The notes under the pieces are model-generated. The model was not told the origin of the DNA. It searched no databases and worked only from the letters and a program-made list of their open reading frames with translations. Of a stretch of DNA of 64,000 nt, positions 1-8,636 are shown in pieces; position 1 is the stretch's first letter, and each line of letters begins with the position of its first letter. The translations under genes and the position numbers were made by a program. The stretch is from Brevibacterium luteolum (GTDB lineage Bacteria > Actinomycetota > Actinomycetes > Actinomycetales > Brevibacteriaceae): positions 1-64,000 of the forward strand of contig NZ_JABEMC010000004.1 in the NCBI RefSeq assembly GCF_013004595.1, in the 5' to 3' direction.

Positions 1-127
1 TCCAGTGAAGCCGAGCGGGAAGCCGCCTACGAGACGTTCCTCCACGACTACAATCAGCATCGAGCCCACACCGCTATCGGAGGCCTCACCCCAGCCGACC
101 GCGTTCACAACCTCACGGGGAACTACA
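1..127 (+). mobile_element. Right end of an IS481-family insertion sequence (partial, runs off the window)
   Basis: Ends ...GTTCACAACCTCACGGGGAACTACA; IS481 ends are TGT...ACA. Followed by CCTAGC (128-133), which fits the NCTAGN target of IS481. Confidence 0.85.
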
Positions 128-132
128 CCTAG
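1..132 (+). CDS. IS481-family transposase, C-terminal fragment
   Basis: Frame 1 reads SSEAEREAAYETFLHDYNQHRAHTAIGGLTPADRVHNLTGNYT*, with the YNxxRxHxxxGGxxP C-terminal motif of integrase-core transposases. Confidence 0.88.
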   Translation, partial: SSEAEREAAYETFLHDYNQHRAHTAIGGLTPADRVHNLTGNYT

Positions 133-171
133 CGCGCGAAGCAGACAAGAGGCATCCCGTAGAGTCGTGCC

Positions 172-624
172 ATGACAGAAGACGAACTTCTCCCCCTGAC
201 GAAGGACACCCCGCCCGAGGTGCGGGCCCAGCTGGTGGCCGGAAACCGGCAGCGCAGTGCCGGTACGCTTCTCGAACGCGTCGGCATCGAAGTCGAGGAC
301 GTCGCCTACGACCGTGCGACCGCCTCGATCCCGGTGGCCGGCAACACGCAGCCGTTCGGGCTCTTCCACGGCGGGGCGCATGTCGTCATCGCCGAGTCGC
401 TGGCCTCGCTGCACTCGTACTTCATCTCCGGGCGTCCGGTCGTCGGCGTGGACCTCAACGCCACGCATGTGCGGGCGGCCAAGGACGGGCATGTGCATGC
501 CACGGCGACTTTGAATCATCACGGTCGCACGATGATCAACCATGAGGTGCGCATGACCGATGATGAGGGCCGGCTGCTCTCGATCGTGCGGATCACGAAC
601 ATGGTGCTCTCCGGCCGCAGCTGA
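172..624 (+). CDS. PaaI/hotdog-fold thioesterase (MenI/YdiI-like)
   Basis: NTQPFGLFHGGAHVVIAESLAS and VGVDLNATH motifs. TAGAGT -10 lies 6 nt before the ATG. Confidence 0.9.
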   Translation: MTEDELLPLTKDTPPEVRAQLVAGNRQRSAGTLLERVGIEVEDVAYDRATASIPVAGNTQPFGLFHGGAHVVIAESLASLHSYFISGRPVVGVDLNATHVRAAKDGHVHATATLNHHGRTMINHEVRMTDDEGRLLSIVRITNMVLSGRS

Positions 625-635
625 GACCGGATACG

Positions 636-673
636 CGTCGGCCCCTGCCGCAGCTGTGCGACAGGGGCCGATG
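636..673. terminator. Hairpin between convergent thioesterase and ANTAR regulator
   Basis: CGTCGGCCCCTGCCGCA-gctg-TGCGACAGGGGCCGATG, a 17-bp imperfect stem. Confidence 0.7.
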
Positions 674-685
674 AGAGTGTGTGGG

Positions 686-1303
686 TTACTTCTTGCTGCC
701 GATTTGCTCGAGGACGGTCTCGGCGACCTCGCGCATCGTCAGGCGGCGGTCCATCGAGGTCTTCTGGATCCACCGGAACGCCTCGGGTTCGCTTAGGCCC
801 ATGTTCGAGATGAGCAGACTCTTGGCGCGTTCGACGAGCTTGCGGGTCTCGAACCGGTCGGTCATATCGGCGATCTCGGATTCGAGTGCGGCGATCTCGG
901 CGTGGCGGGACAGCGCGATCTCCAGGGCCGGGACGAGGTCATTGGAGGTGAACGGCTTGACGACGTAGGCCATCGCTCCGGCGTCGCGGGCCCGTTCGAC
1001 GAGCTCCTTCTGGCTGAACGCCGTCAGCAGCACGACGGGGGCGATGCGGGCCTTGGCGATCCGCTCAGCCGCGGAGATCCCGTCGAGGACGGGCATCTTA
1101 ATGTCCATGACGACCAGATCCGGGCGCAGCTCCTCAGCCAGCCGGATCGCCGACTCGCCGTCGGCTGCCTCGCCGACGACGTCGTATCCGACCTCGCGCA
1201 GCATCTCGACGATGTCGAGCCGGATGACGGCCTCGTCTTCGGCGACGACGACACGCCGAACGACGCCGTTCTCTGTCTTGGGTGCTTCTTCATTAGTAGC
1301 CAC
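686..1303 (-). CDS. pdtaR: Response regulator with REC and ANTAR domains (PdtaR-like)
   Basis: Receiver motifs VVVAEDE, DLVVMDIKMP and YVVKPF; ANTAR motif RKLVERAKSLL...SEPEAFRWIQKTSMDRR. Confidence 0.9.
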   Translation of the reverse strand: MATNEEAPKTENGVVRRVVVAEDEAVIRLDIVEMLREVGYDVVGEAADGESAIRLAEELRPDLVVMDIKMPVLDGISAAERIAKARIAPVVLLTAFSQKELVERARDAGAMAYVVKPFTSNDLVPALEIALSRHAEIAALESEIADMTDRFETRKLVERAKSLLISNMGLSEPEAFRWIQKTSMDRRLTMREVAETVLEQIGSKK

Positions 1304-1403
1304 GGTTTCATTTTAGTCACGCCGCTGCGCGTTTTGACAGCGCGGGCCGGTGTTCATCTGGAGGTGCGGGTGGGCGCCCAGCTGGTCTAGGATGTTCTTC
1401 GTT

Positions 1404-1485
1404 GCCGGATTGGCGGAATTGGTAGACGCGCCGCACTCAAAATGCGGTATCGAGAGGTGTGTGGGTTCGAGTCCCACATCCGGCA
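1404..1485 (+). tRNA. tRNA-Leu (anticodon CAA)
   Basis: Acceptor stem GCCGGAT/ATCCGGC, D-loop GGAATTGGTAGAC, anticodon arm CCGCA-CTCAAAA-TGCGG, long variable arm, T-loop GGTTCGAGTCC. CCA is not encoded. TAGGAT -10 at 1388-1393. Confidence 0.96.
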
Positions 1486-1534
1486 CTCTTGTGGAATTCA
1501 CGGGTTTCCCAGCACGTGCTGGAAGACTGCAGAC

Positions 1535-1951
1535 ATGACTTTCCTGCTCCGCGTCATCGTCAACGCCGTCGCTATCTGGGCGGCGGCCGCACTTCTGCCC
1601 GGCATGGCCATCACCAGCGCCGACACCGTCCTCACCGGCTTGGGCCCCACCGCCTCGGCGGTCGTCTCCTACCTCGTCATCGGCCTGATCTTCGGGCTCG
1701 TCAACGCGATCATCCGGCCCCTCATCGAGCTCATCGCCTTGCCGATCACCTGCCTGACCCTGGGTCTGTTCACCATCGTCATCAATGCCGCCATGGTGTC
1801 GCTGACGTCCTGGGTCTCGCAGTTCACGCCGATCCGCCTGGAGATCGACAGCTTCCTCTGGACGGCGGTGCTCGCCTCGATCATCATCGCGATCGTGTCG
1901 CTCGTGCTGAATTTCTTCGTCCGCCCGCGCGAACGCGAGACCGAACGCTGA
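1535..1951 (+). CDS. 4-TM phage-holin-like membrane protein (YvlD/DUF360 family)
   Basis: FLLRVIVNAVAIW...IFGLVNAIIRPLI...LTLGLFTIVINA signature. ATG 1535 chosen because the longer ORF overlaps the tRNA. Confidence 0.85.
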   Translation: MTFLLRVIVNAVAIWAAAALLPGMAITSADTVLTGLGPTASAVVSYLVIGLIFGLVNAIIRPLIELIALPITCLTLGLFTIVINAAMVSLTSWVSQFTPIRLEIDSFLWTAVLASIIIAIVSLVLNFFVRPRERETER

Positions 1952-1965
1952 CGGACCCCTCAAAG

Positions 1966-2003
1966 CACTGACTGCCGCTCCGAAAACGGAGCGGCAGTCA
2001 GTG
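1966..2003. terminator. Hairpin between convergent holin-like gene and pyk
   Basis: Perfect 17-bp stem CACTGACTGCCGCTCCG-aaaa-CGGAGCGGCAGTCAGTG. Confidence 0.85.
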
Positions 2004-2028
2004 TTGTCATCCAGGTGAGCAGAAGGGA

Positions 2029-3549
2029 TCAGTCGGTGTTCTGCTCGTATTCCTTCGGTTCGGCGATCTCGCCGTAGACCTCGTTGACCGGGCCGGTGTC
2101 GGAGTCGTCGCGGTAGGCGGCGGCCTTGCCGGTGATCGCGTTGCCGACAGTGTGGATGCGCAGCGCGTTCGTCGATCCGACGATTCCGGGAGGCGAACCG
2201 GCGACGATGATGCACTTCTCGCCGTCCTCGGCCAGGCCGCGGGAGCGCAGCACGTGGTCGACCTGGCGGGCCATCTGGTCGGTGTGGCGGACCTGGTTGA
2301 CGAGGAAGGCGCGCACACCCCATGTCAGAGCCAGCTGGTGGTACACGCGCACGTCCGGGGTGAACGCGAGGATCGACTGCTGTACGCGCAGCCGCGACAT
2401 GCGGCGCACCGAGTCGCCTGACTGGCTGAAGGTGCACAGGGTGTCGATGTTGAGCTGTTCGGCGATCCGCACCGCGGCAGCGGTGACGGCGCCGCCCTGC
2501 GTGTGCGGTTCGGTGCCGAGCGGGGCGATCCGGTCAAGGCCGTGCTCTTCGGTCGACTCGATGATCCGGGCCATCGTGCGCACAGCCTCCAGCCAGTGCG
2601 CACCGACCGAGGTCTCACCCGAGAGCATGAGCGCATCAGCACCGTCGAGTACGGCGTTGGCGCAGTCGCTGGCCTCAGCGCGGGTGGGCCGCGGCTCCTC
2701 GATCATCGATTCGAGCATCTGGGTGGCGACGATGACGGGCTTGGCGTTGCGGCGGCACAGTTCGACGGTGCGTTTCTGCACGATCGGCACCTGCTCCAGC
2801 GGCAGTTCGACGCCGAGGTCGCCGCGGGCGACCATCATGCCGTCGAAGGCATCGACGATGCTCTCGAGCGCCTCGACGGCCTGGGGCTTCTCCAGCTTTG
2901 CGATGAGCGGGACGAGGATGCGCTCTTCGCGCATGATCTCGCGCACCGTCCCCGCGTCCTCGGGTGTACGCACGAACGACAGTGCGACCCAGTCCGCGCC
3001 CAGGCGCAGTCCCCAGCGCAGGTCCTCGACGTCCTTGTCGCTCATCGCTGGCACGGACACCGGCACTCCGGGGAGGTTGATGCCCTTGTGGTCGGAGATC
3101 CGGCCGGGCACCTCGACTTCGCAGGTGACGTCGGTGTCGGTGACATCGGTGGCGCGCAGCCGGATTCGGCCGTCGTCGATGAGCAGCGGATCCCCGACCT
3201 CGACGTCACGGGCGAGACCGGCATAGGTGGTGCCCACCTCGGTCGCGGTGCCTTCGATGCCACGGGTGGTGATGGTGAATGTGTCGCCCTTGCTCAGTTC
3301 GGGCTTGAGTCCGTCGGCGAAGGTGCCGACCCTGATCTTCGGGCCCTGCAGGTCGATGAGCACGCTGACCGGCTCACCGGTGTCGCGGCCGGCCTTGCGG
3401 ACCCACCGGTACTTCTCTTCATGCTGGTCGTGGGTGCCGTGGCTGAGGTTGAATCGGAAGACGTTGACGCCTTCTTCGATCAGCGAGCGGATGTCTTCGT
3501 AGCTCTGCTGGGCAGGGCCAAGAGTGGCGACGATCTTTGCATGCCTCAT
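2029..3549 (-). CDS. pyk: Pyruvate kinase
   Basis: KIVATLGP, RFNLSHG, DLQGPKIRVG, MVARGDLGVE, ATQMLESM, MLSGETSVG. Confidence 0.97.
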   Translation of the reverse strand: MRHAKIVATLGPAQQSYEDIRSLIEEGVNVFRFNLSHGTHDQHEEKYRWVRKAGRDTGEPVSVLIDLQGPKIRVGTFADGLKPELSKGDTFTITTRGIEGTATEVGTTYAGLARDVEVGDPLLIDDGRIRLRATDVTDTDVTCEVEVPGRISDHKGINLPGVPVSVPAMSDKDVEDLRWGLRLGADWVALSFVRTPEDAGTVREIMREERILVPLIAKLEKPQAVEALESIVDAFDGMMVARGDLGVELPLEQVPIVQKRTVELCRRNAKPVIVATQMLESMIEEPRPTRAEASDCANAVLDGADALMLSGETSVGAHWLEAVRTMARIIESTEEHGLDRIAPLGTEPHTQGGAVTAAAVRIAEQLNIDTLCTFSQSGDSVRRMSRLRVQQSILAFTPDVRVYHQLALTWGVRAFLVNQVRHTDQMARQVDHVLRSRGLAEDGEKCIIVAGSPPGIVGSTNALRIHTVGNAITGKAAAYRDDSDTGPVNEVYGEIAEPKEYEQNTD

Positions 3550-3636
3550 GTCCACCACACTAGTCGGGTCTGCGCACCTGCCTTCAATCCTGTCCAAATT
3601 TCTGCGCTCTGACCAGCAGGTGGACACAAAGGCCGG

Positions 3637-4815
3637 TCAGTCGGTGCTAGCGGACCCGTCCTCGCGCGGGCTGCGGCGCACCTGCGGGACGATCGAGATC
3701 GCCGAGGTGACCGCACCGAAGAACCCGAAGCTGCGGTTGGTCAGCGCGTTGCCGCCGTCGTCATCGCGTCGGTCGCCGGTGCCCGAGCGGCCGGTGCTGG
3801 CGGCACTGCTGCCGCCTGCCGTTCCCGAGGCGGTGGGCCCGCCGGTGCCGCCGTCACCGCCGCCTCGGCGGTCGTTGGCATCGTTGGAGTTCTTTCCGTC
3901 TGCCCGTTCGGCTGCCATCCGTGCCAGGCAGCGTTCGGTGTAGACCTCCGGTGCCGGTTCGCGGTGGCGCATCCGGGAGAAGGTGAACAGGGCCAGGCCG
4001 ATGAAGAGGACGACGATGTAGAACCACATGTTGATGCGCACGCCGAGGAAGTACTCGGAGTGGTCGATGCGCAGCGACTCGATCCAGAGGCGGCCGATCG
4101 TGTAGTAGCAGATGTAGGCGTAGAAGACCTGGCCGTGACCAAGCCGGAAGCGCTTAGCCGCCCAGATGAGCAGCAGGCAGCCGGCGAAGTTCCACAGCGA
4201 CTCGTACAGGAAGGTCGGGTGGAACAGGGTGTCGGCCGGCAGCGCGGCATCAGGCCAGTTGGGGTTCGGTGCGCCGTTGAGGACCTTGTCGATCTCCAGG
4301 CCCCAGGGCAGGGTCGTCGGGCGTCCGAAGAGCTCCTGGTTGAACCAGTTGCCCCAGCGGCCGAAGGCCTGGGCGAGGATGAGCCCAGGGGCCGCAGCAT
4401 CGATGAACGAGGTGAAGCGGATGCCGTAGTGACGGCACACGAGGAACACGGTCAGCGCACCAAGGGCGACCGCACCGCCGATACCGAGACCGCCCTGCCA
4501 GATCTTGAATGCATCGAGCGGGTTGCCGTTGGGCCCGAAGTACGGGCCGGGCACGGTGAGCACGTAGTACAGCCGCCCGCCGATGATGCCCGCCGGGATC
4601 GCCCAGACGGCGATGTTCCACAAATCGTCTTCGCTGCCGCCGCGGCGCTTCCAGCGGTACTGGGCGAGCATGAGGGCGGCGACGATGCCGGCCAGGATGC
4701 ACAGCGCGTAGGCGTGGATGGTGAAGGGCCCGACCTCGAATCCGGACCAGCTCGGTGAGGGGATCGCCGCGCTCAGCGGGGTGAGCGCAGCGGCACCGGT
4801 GACCGGTTCAGGCAT
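3637..4815 (-). CDS. lgt: Prolipoprotein diacylglyceryl transferase with long C-terminal extension
   Basis: GGRLYYV, AQAFGRWGNWFNQELFGRPT, HPTFLYES. Confidence 0.95.
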   Translation of the reverse strand: MPEPVTGAAALTPLSAAIPSPSWSGFEVGPFTIHAYALCILAGIVAALMLAQYRWKRRGGSEDDLWNIAVWAIPAGIIGGRLYYVLTVPGPYFGPNGNPLDAFKIWQGGLGIGGAVALGALTVFLVCRHYGIRFTSFIDAAAPGLILAQAFGRWGNWFNQELFGRPTTLPWGLEIDKVLNGAPNPNWPDAALPADTLFHPTFLYESLWNFAGCLLLIWAAKRFRLGHGQVFYAYICYYTIGRLWIESLRIDHSEYFLGVRINMWFYIVVLFIGLALFTFSRMRHREPAPEVYTERCLARMAAERADGKNSNDANDRRGGGDGGTGGPTASGTAGGSSAASTGRSGTGDRRDDDGGNALTNRSFGFFGAVTSAISIVPQVRRSPREDGSASTD

Positions 4816-5590
4816 GGTCGCGCACTCCCTGGGCGAACTCGGTGGCTCGGGCTTCGACGGCGGCTGGCCCGCCGTCGGTCAGGGCGGTGACGAGCGCAGA
4901 ACCGACGATCACGCCGTCAGCGTGCGCGGCGACCTCTGCCGCCTGCTGCCGGTTGGATACGCCGAGTCCAACGCAGACGCGCTCGGCGCCGGCGGCGCGC
5001 GTGTCGGCGACGAGCTTCTCGGCTGAGGCGCCGACCTGCGCGCGGGTGCCGGTGACGCCCATCGTCGAGGCGGCGTAGACGAAACCGGAGGCATGGGCGG
5101 CGACGTAGGCGAGGCGTTCGGGGCTGGACGACGGGGCGACGAGGAAGATCCGGTCGAGACCGTGCGCTTCGCTTGCCGTCATCCAGTCGCCGGCCTCATC
5201 CGGGGTGAGGTCTGCGGTGATGATGCCTGCTCCCCCGGCGTTGGCAAGGTCGCGGGCGAAAGCTTCAACACCGTACTGGTAGACGAGGTTCCAGTACGAC
5301 ATCACTACCGGGGTGGCTCCGGCCGCGGCGACGGCCTCGACAGCGGTGAAGGCGTCGCGGGTGCGCACGCCGCCGCGCAGCGCCTGGACCGAGGCGGCCT
5401 GGATGGTCGGTCCGTCCATCCCCGGGTCGGAGTACGGGATGCCGACTTCGACGATGTCAGCGCCGCCGGCCACGACGGCGCGCATCGCATCGAGCGAGCC
5501 GGGTACGTCAGGATAGCCGACCGGCAGATAGGCGATGAAGGCGGCGCGGTTGTCTGCTGCGCAGTCGCGCAGCACGTCAGCGGTGCTCAC
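4808..5590 (-). CDS. trpA: Tryptophan synthase alpha chain
   Basis: [31 protein letters not shown]; follows trpB. Confidence 0.97.
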   Translation of the reverse strand: MSTADVLRDCAADNRAAFIAYLPVGYPDVPGSLDAMRAVVAGGADIVEVGIPYSDPGMDGPTIQAASVQALRGGVRTRDAFTAVEAVAAAGATPVVMSYWNLVYQYGVEAFARDLANAGGAGIITADLTPDEAGDWMTASEAHGLDRIFLVAPSSSPERLAYVAAHASGFVYAASTMGVTGTRAQVGASAEKLVADTRAAGAERVCVGLGVSNRQQAAEVAAHADGVIVGSALVTALTDGGPAAVEARATEFAQGVRDHA

Positions 5591-6906
5591 GAACGGCTCC
5601 TCTCGGCGTGTCCTGCGTCGGCGGCATCCTCGGCTTCAGCCGGGTCCTGTGCGCCGACGGGTTCTGCGGTCTCAGCTTCTTCGGCTTGGGCGTCGAGGTA
5701 GCCGAAGTACTTCCCTGCTGTGTCGACGTCCTTGTCTCCGCGGCCGGAGAGGTTGGCGATGATGATCGCGCCTTCACCGAGCTCGCGGCCGACCTGGAGT
5801 GCAGCGGCCAGGGCATGCGAGCTCTCGATCGCTGGGATGATGCCCTCGGTGCGGCACAGCAGACGGAAGGCGGCCATCGCCTCGTCGTCGGTGACCGGGC
5901 GGTACTCACCGCGGCCGGTCGACTGCAGCCAGGCGTGCTCGGGGCCGACACCGGGGTAGTCGAGTCCTGCTGAGATGGAGTGCGACGGCAGAGTCTGGCC
6001 GTCCTCGTCCTGCATGATGACCGACTTCGAACCGTGCAGCACACCAACGCGGCCGTCGTTGAGCGGGGCTGCGTGCTGGCCGGAGGCGATGCCGGACCCG
6101 GCTGCCTCGCAGCCGATGAGCCGGACCTCCTCGTCGCCGATGAAGGCATGGAAGATGCCGATCGCGTTCGAGCCGCCGCCCACACATGCGGTGATGGCAT
6201 CGGGCAGCCGGCCGGTCTGCTCCTGGATCTGGCCGCGGGCCTCGACGCCGATGATGCGCTGGAGTTCGCGCACGAGGAATGGGAATGGGTGGGGGCCTGC
6301 GACGGTGCCGAAGAGGTAGTGGGTGGTCTGCACAGAGGCGACCCAATCGCGGAAGGTCTCGTTGATCGCGTCCTTGAGTGTGCGGGTCCCGGCTTCGACG
6401 GGAACCACCTCGGCGCCGAGCAGGCGCATGCGGGCGACGTTGAGTGCCTGGCGGGCGCAGTCCTCGGCTCCCATGTAGATAGTGCAGTCGAGCCCAAGCA
6501 GTGCTGCGGCGGTGGCGGAGGCCACGCCGTGCTGGCCGGCACCGGTCTCGGCGATGACGCGGGTTTTACCCATCCGCTTGGTCAGCAGCGCCTGTCCGAG
6601 GACGTTGTTGATCTTGTGGCTGCCGGTGTGGTTGAGGTCCTCGCGCTTGAGGAAGATGCGCGCCCCGCCGGCGTGTTCGGAGAACCGCGGAGCCTCGGTC
6701 AGCAGGCTCGGCCGGCCGGTGTATTCGGCGTGGAGGCGTTGGAGCTCAGCGACGAACTCCGGGTCGACGATCGCTTTGGCGAAGGCTTCGCCGATCTCTT
6801 CGAGCGCGCCGATGAGCGCTTCGGGCACGAACCGGCCGCCGAAGTCGCCGAAGTAGGGACCCTGCGGCAGTTCGCTGTGCTGCGGGGAGAAGAGTTCGTA
6901 GTCCAT
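5587..6906 (-). CDS. trpB: Tryptophan synthase beta chain
   Basis: [49 protein letters not shown] before ATG 6906. Confidence 0.97.
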   Translation of the reverse strand: MDYELFSPQHSELPQGPYFGDFGGRFVPEALIGALEEIGEAFAKAIVDPEFVAELQRLHAEYTGRPSLLTEAPRFSEHAGGARIFLKREDLNHTGSHKINNVLGQALLTKRMGKTRVIAETGAGQHGVASATAAALLGLDCTIYMGAEDCARQALNVARMRLLGAEVVPVEAGTRTLKDAINETFRDWVASVQTTHYLFGTVAGPHPFPFLVRELQRIIGVEARGQIQEQTGRLPDAITACVGGGSNAIGIFHAFIGDEEVRLIGCEAAGSGIASGQHAAPLNDGRVGVLHGSKSVIMQDEDGQTLPSHSISAGLDYPGVGPEHAWLQSTGRGEYRPVTDDEAMAAFRLLCRTEGIIPAIESSHALAAALQVGRELGEGAIIIANLSGRGDKDVDTAGKYFGYLDAQAEEAETAEPVGAQDPAEAEDAADAGHAERSRS

Positions 6907-6944
6907 GTGGTCCTTTCCCAACGAGACGCAAAGACGAGGCGGTG

Positions 6945-7751
6945 TCAGGGGGCTCGGCGCTCGGCTTTCGCCTTCCGCCCGGCCTCGGTGAACTCGGCGA
7001 CGTTCTCGCGCGGCTTCCCGCCGGTGACGAGCGCTTGGCCGACAAGTGCGAGATCGGCACCCTGCGCAGCATAGGCGGCGACATCACCGGCCTCGCTGAC
7101 ACCGGATTCGCCGACGAGCACGGTATCGGGCGGGCAGAGCTCGGCCAATGGCGCGAAGCGGTTGAGGTCGACGCTGAGGTCTTTGAGATTGCGGGTGTTG
7201 ATGCCGAGGAGGGCCGGTTCGATGCCGGCAGCGATCTCGATCTCCTCAGCAGTGTGGGTCTCGACGAGCGCTGCCATCCCGAGGCTGGCGGACAGTTCGC
7301 TGAACTCCTGCAGCTGGGCGGGGCTGAGCGCGGCCACGATGAGCAGCACGATATCGGCGCCATGGGCGCGGGCTTCGTGGAACTGGTATTCGTCGACCAT
7401 GAAGTCCTTGCGCAGCACGGGAATATCCACCGCAGCACGGACGGCGTCGAGGTCGTCCAAGCAGCCGTTGAAGCGGCGCTGCTCGGTCAGCACGCTGATC
7501 GCAGCCGCACCGCCTGCGGCATAGGAGCTCGCGAGCCCGGCGGGGTCGGCGATGTCGGCCAGGGCTCCGGCAGACGGCGAGGAGCGCTTGACCTCAGCGA
7601 TGATGCTGAAGTCGTCGGCCGCACGCGGCAGGAACTGAAGCGCCGCGGGTGCATCCGCGGCGCGTGAGGCGATGTCTGCCAGTGGGCAGGCAGCCCGGCG
7701 TTCTGCCAGGTCTGCCTTCACCCCGCTGACGATGTCGGCGAGAACGCTCAC
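6945..7751 (-). CDS. trpC: Indole-3-glycerol phosphate synthase
   Basis: [31 protein letters not shown] start overlaps the stop of the upstream ORF. Confidence 0.95.
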   Translation of the reverse strand: MSVLADIVSGVKADLAERRAACPLADIASRAADAPAALQFLPRAADDFSIIAEVKRSSPSAGALADIADPAGLASSYAAGGAAAISVLTEQRRFNGCLDDLDAVRAAVDIPVLRKDFMVDEYQFHEARAHGADIVLLIVAALSPAQLQEFSELSASLGMAALVETHTAEEIEIAAGIEPALLGINTRNLKDLSVDLNRFAPLAELCPPDTVLVGESGVSEAGDVAAYAAQGADLALVGQALVTGGKPRENVAEFTEAGRKAKAERRAP

Positions 7752-8023
7752 GCCTTCGCCTTGGTCTTCTTCCCGCCCCTGCCGGCCGCACGCAGCACAA
7801 GCCCGACGATCGGACCGAGGACGCAGATGATGAGGCCGACCCAAAGCAGCATCGGGGTCTCGGCGACGACGCCGATGCACCCGACGATGAAGCCGACGAG
7901 GATGATGAAGACTCCGGTCCAGGCGGCAACGGTGTTCCCGTGGCCCGGATCCTTGACTGTGTCGTAGTCGATGCTCGAGCGGTCGAGGTCGTATGCCCCA
8001 TTGCGGGAAATGGTCTTCGGCAT
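7748..8023 (-). CDS. HGxxPAAW-family small membrane protein
   Basis: DPGHGNTVAAWTGV followed by two TM helices; GAAGGAG RBS. Confidence 0.85.
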   Translation of the reverse strand: MPKTISRNGAYDLDRSSIDYDTVKDPGHGNTVAAWTGVFIILVGFIVGCIGVVAETPMLLWVGLIICVLGPIVGLVLRAAGRGGKKTKAKA

Positions 8024-8132
8024 GGTTCTCCTTCGTTCTCACGCGGTATGCGGTCATTCTCTCACGACGATGCGGCGGGCCAGAAACCGACCCGCTAACC
8101 GACATCTGATCGTCATCGATGTGGCACAGGTC

Positions 8133-8636
8133 TCAGCTCGGATCCTCGCCTCGGGAGATCGCATCCCAGGTACGGGTCGGGTCGAGGTCACCCTGCTCGT
8201 CTTCAGCTTCCGCTTCGGAGGTGTCGGCTTCGAAGCGCGCGGTCGTCTGCCAGCTGCCCGAACGCAGCAGCACCCACACGGCAACTGCTGCGGCGAGCAG
8301 CCCGGCGATGATGCCGATGGCCGGCAGGTTCGTCGTCGCCGCGCTGCTGAGCGTCGCGCTCAGGGCCACCCCGGCGAAGCCGAGCCCGGCCAGTGCCGCA
8401 CAGGCGGTGACGATCCAGCGGCCGATGCGCTTGAGCATGGTGAGCAGCAGGCCGCTGACAGCGACGATGCCCGCGCAGGCGAGCAGCACCGGCGAGTTCT
8501 CTGGAGCCGCGACCGATCCTGCGCTCACGCCTGCGAGTTCTGCGGTCTCGGCGGGCTCGAACCATGGCTGGGAGCCGACGATCCACAGCACGGCGGCTGC
8601 GGCGAGCAGCGCGATGACGGCACGAGATCGGGTCAT
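8133..8636 (-). CDS. Trp-operon-associated membrane protein (Trp_oprn_chp-like)
   Basis: Four hydrophobic segments and a C-terminal WDAISRGEDP signature; directly after trpE. Confidence 0.85.
   Translation of the reverse strand: MTRSRAVIALLAAAAVLWIVGSQPWFEPAETAELAGVSAGSVAAPENSPVLLACAGIVAVSGLLLTMLKRIGRWIVTACAALAGLGFAGVALSATLSSAATTNLPAIGIIAGLLAAAVAVWVLLRSGSWQTTARFEADTSEAEAEDEQGDLDPTRTWDAISRGEDPS

Noticed and set aside
1442..1534. N-terminal extension of the holin-like ORF in the ORF track
   Set aside because: It overlaps tRNA-Leu; ATG 1535 fits the family start.
1404..2003. Prophage or island integrated at tRNA-Leu
   Set aside because: No integrase, att duplication or other phage genes seen in the window.
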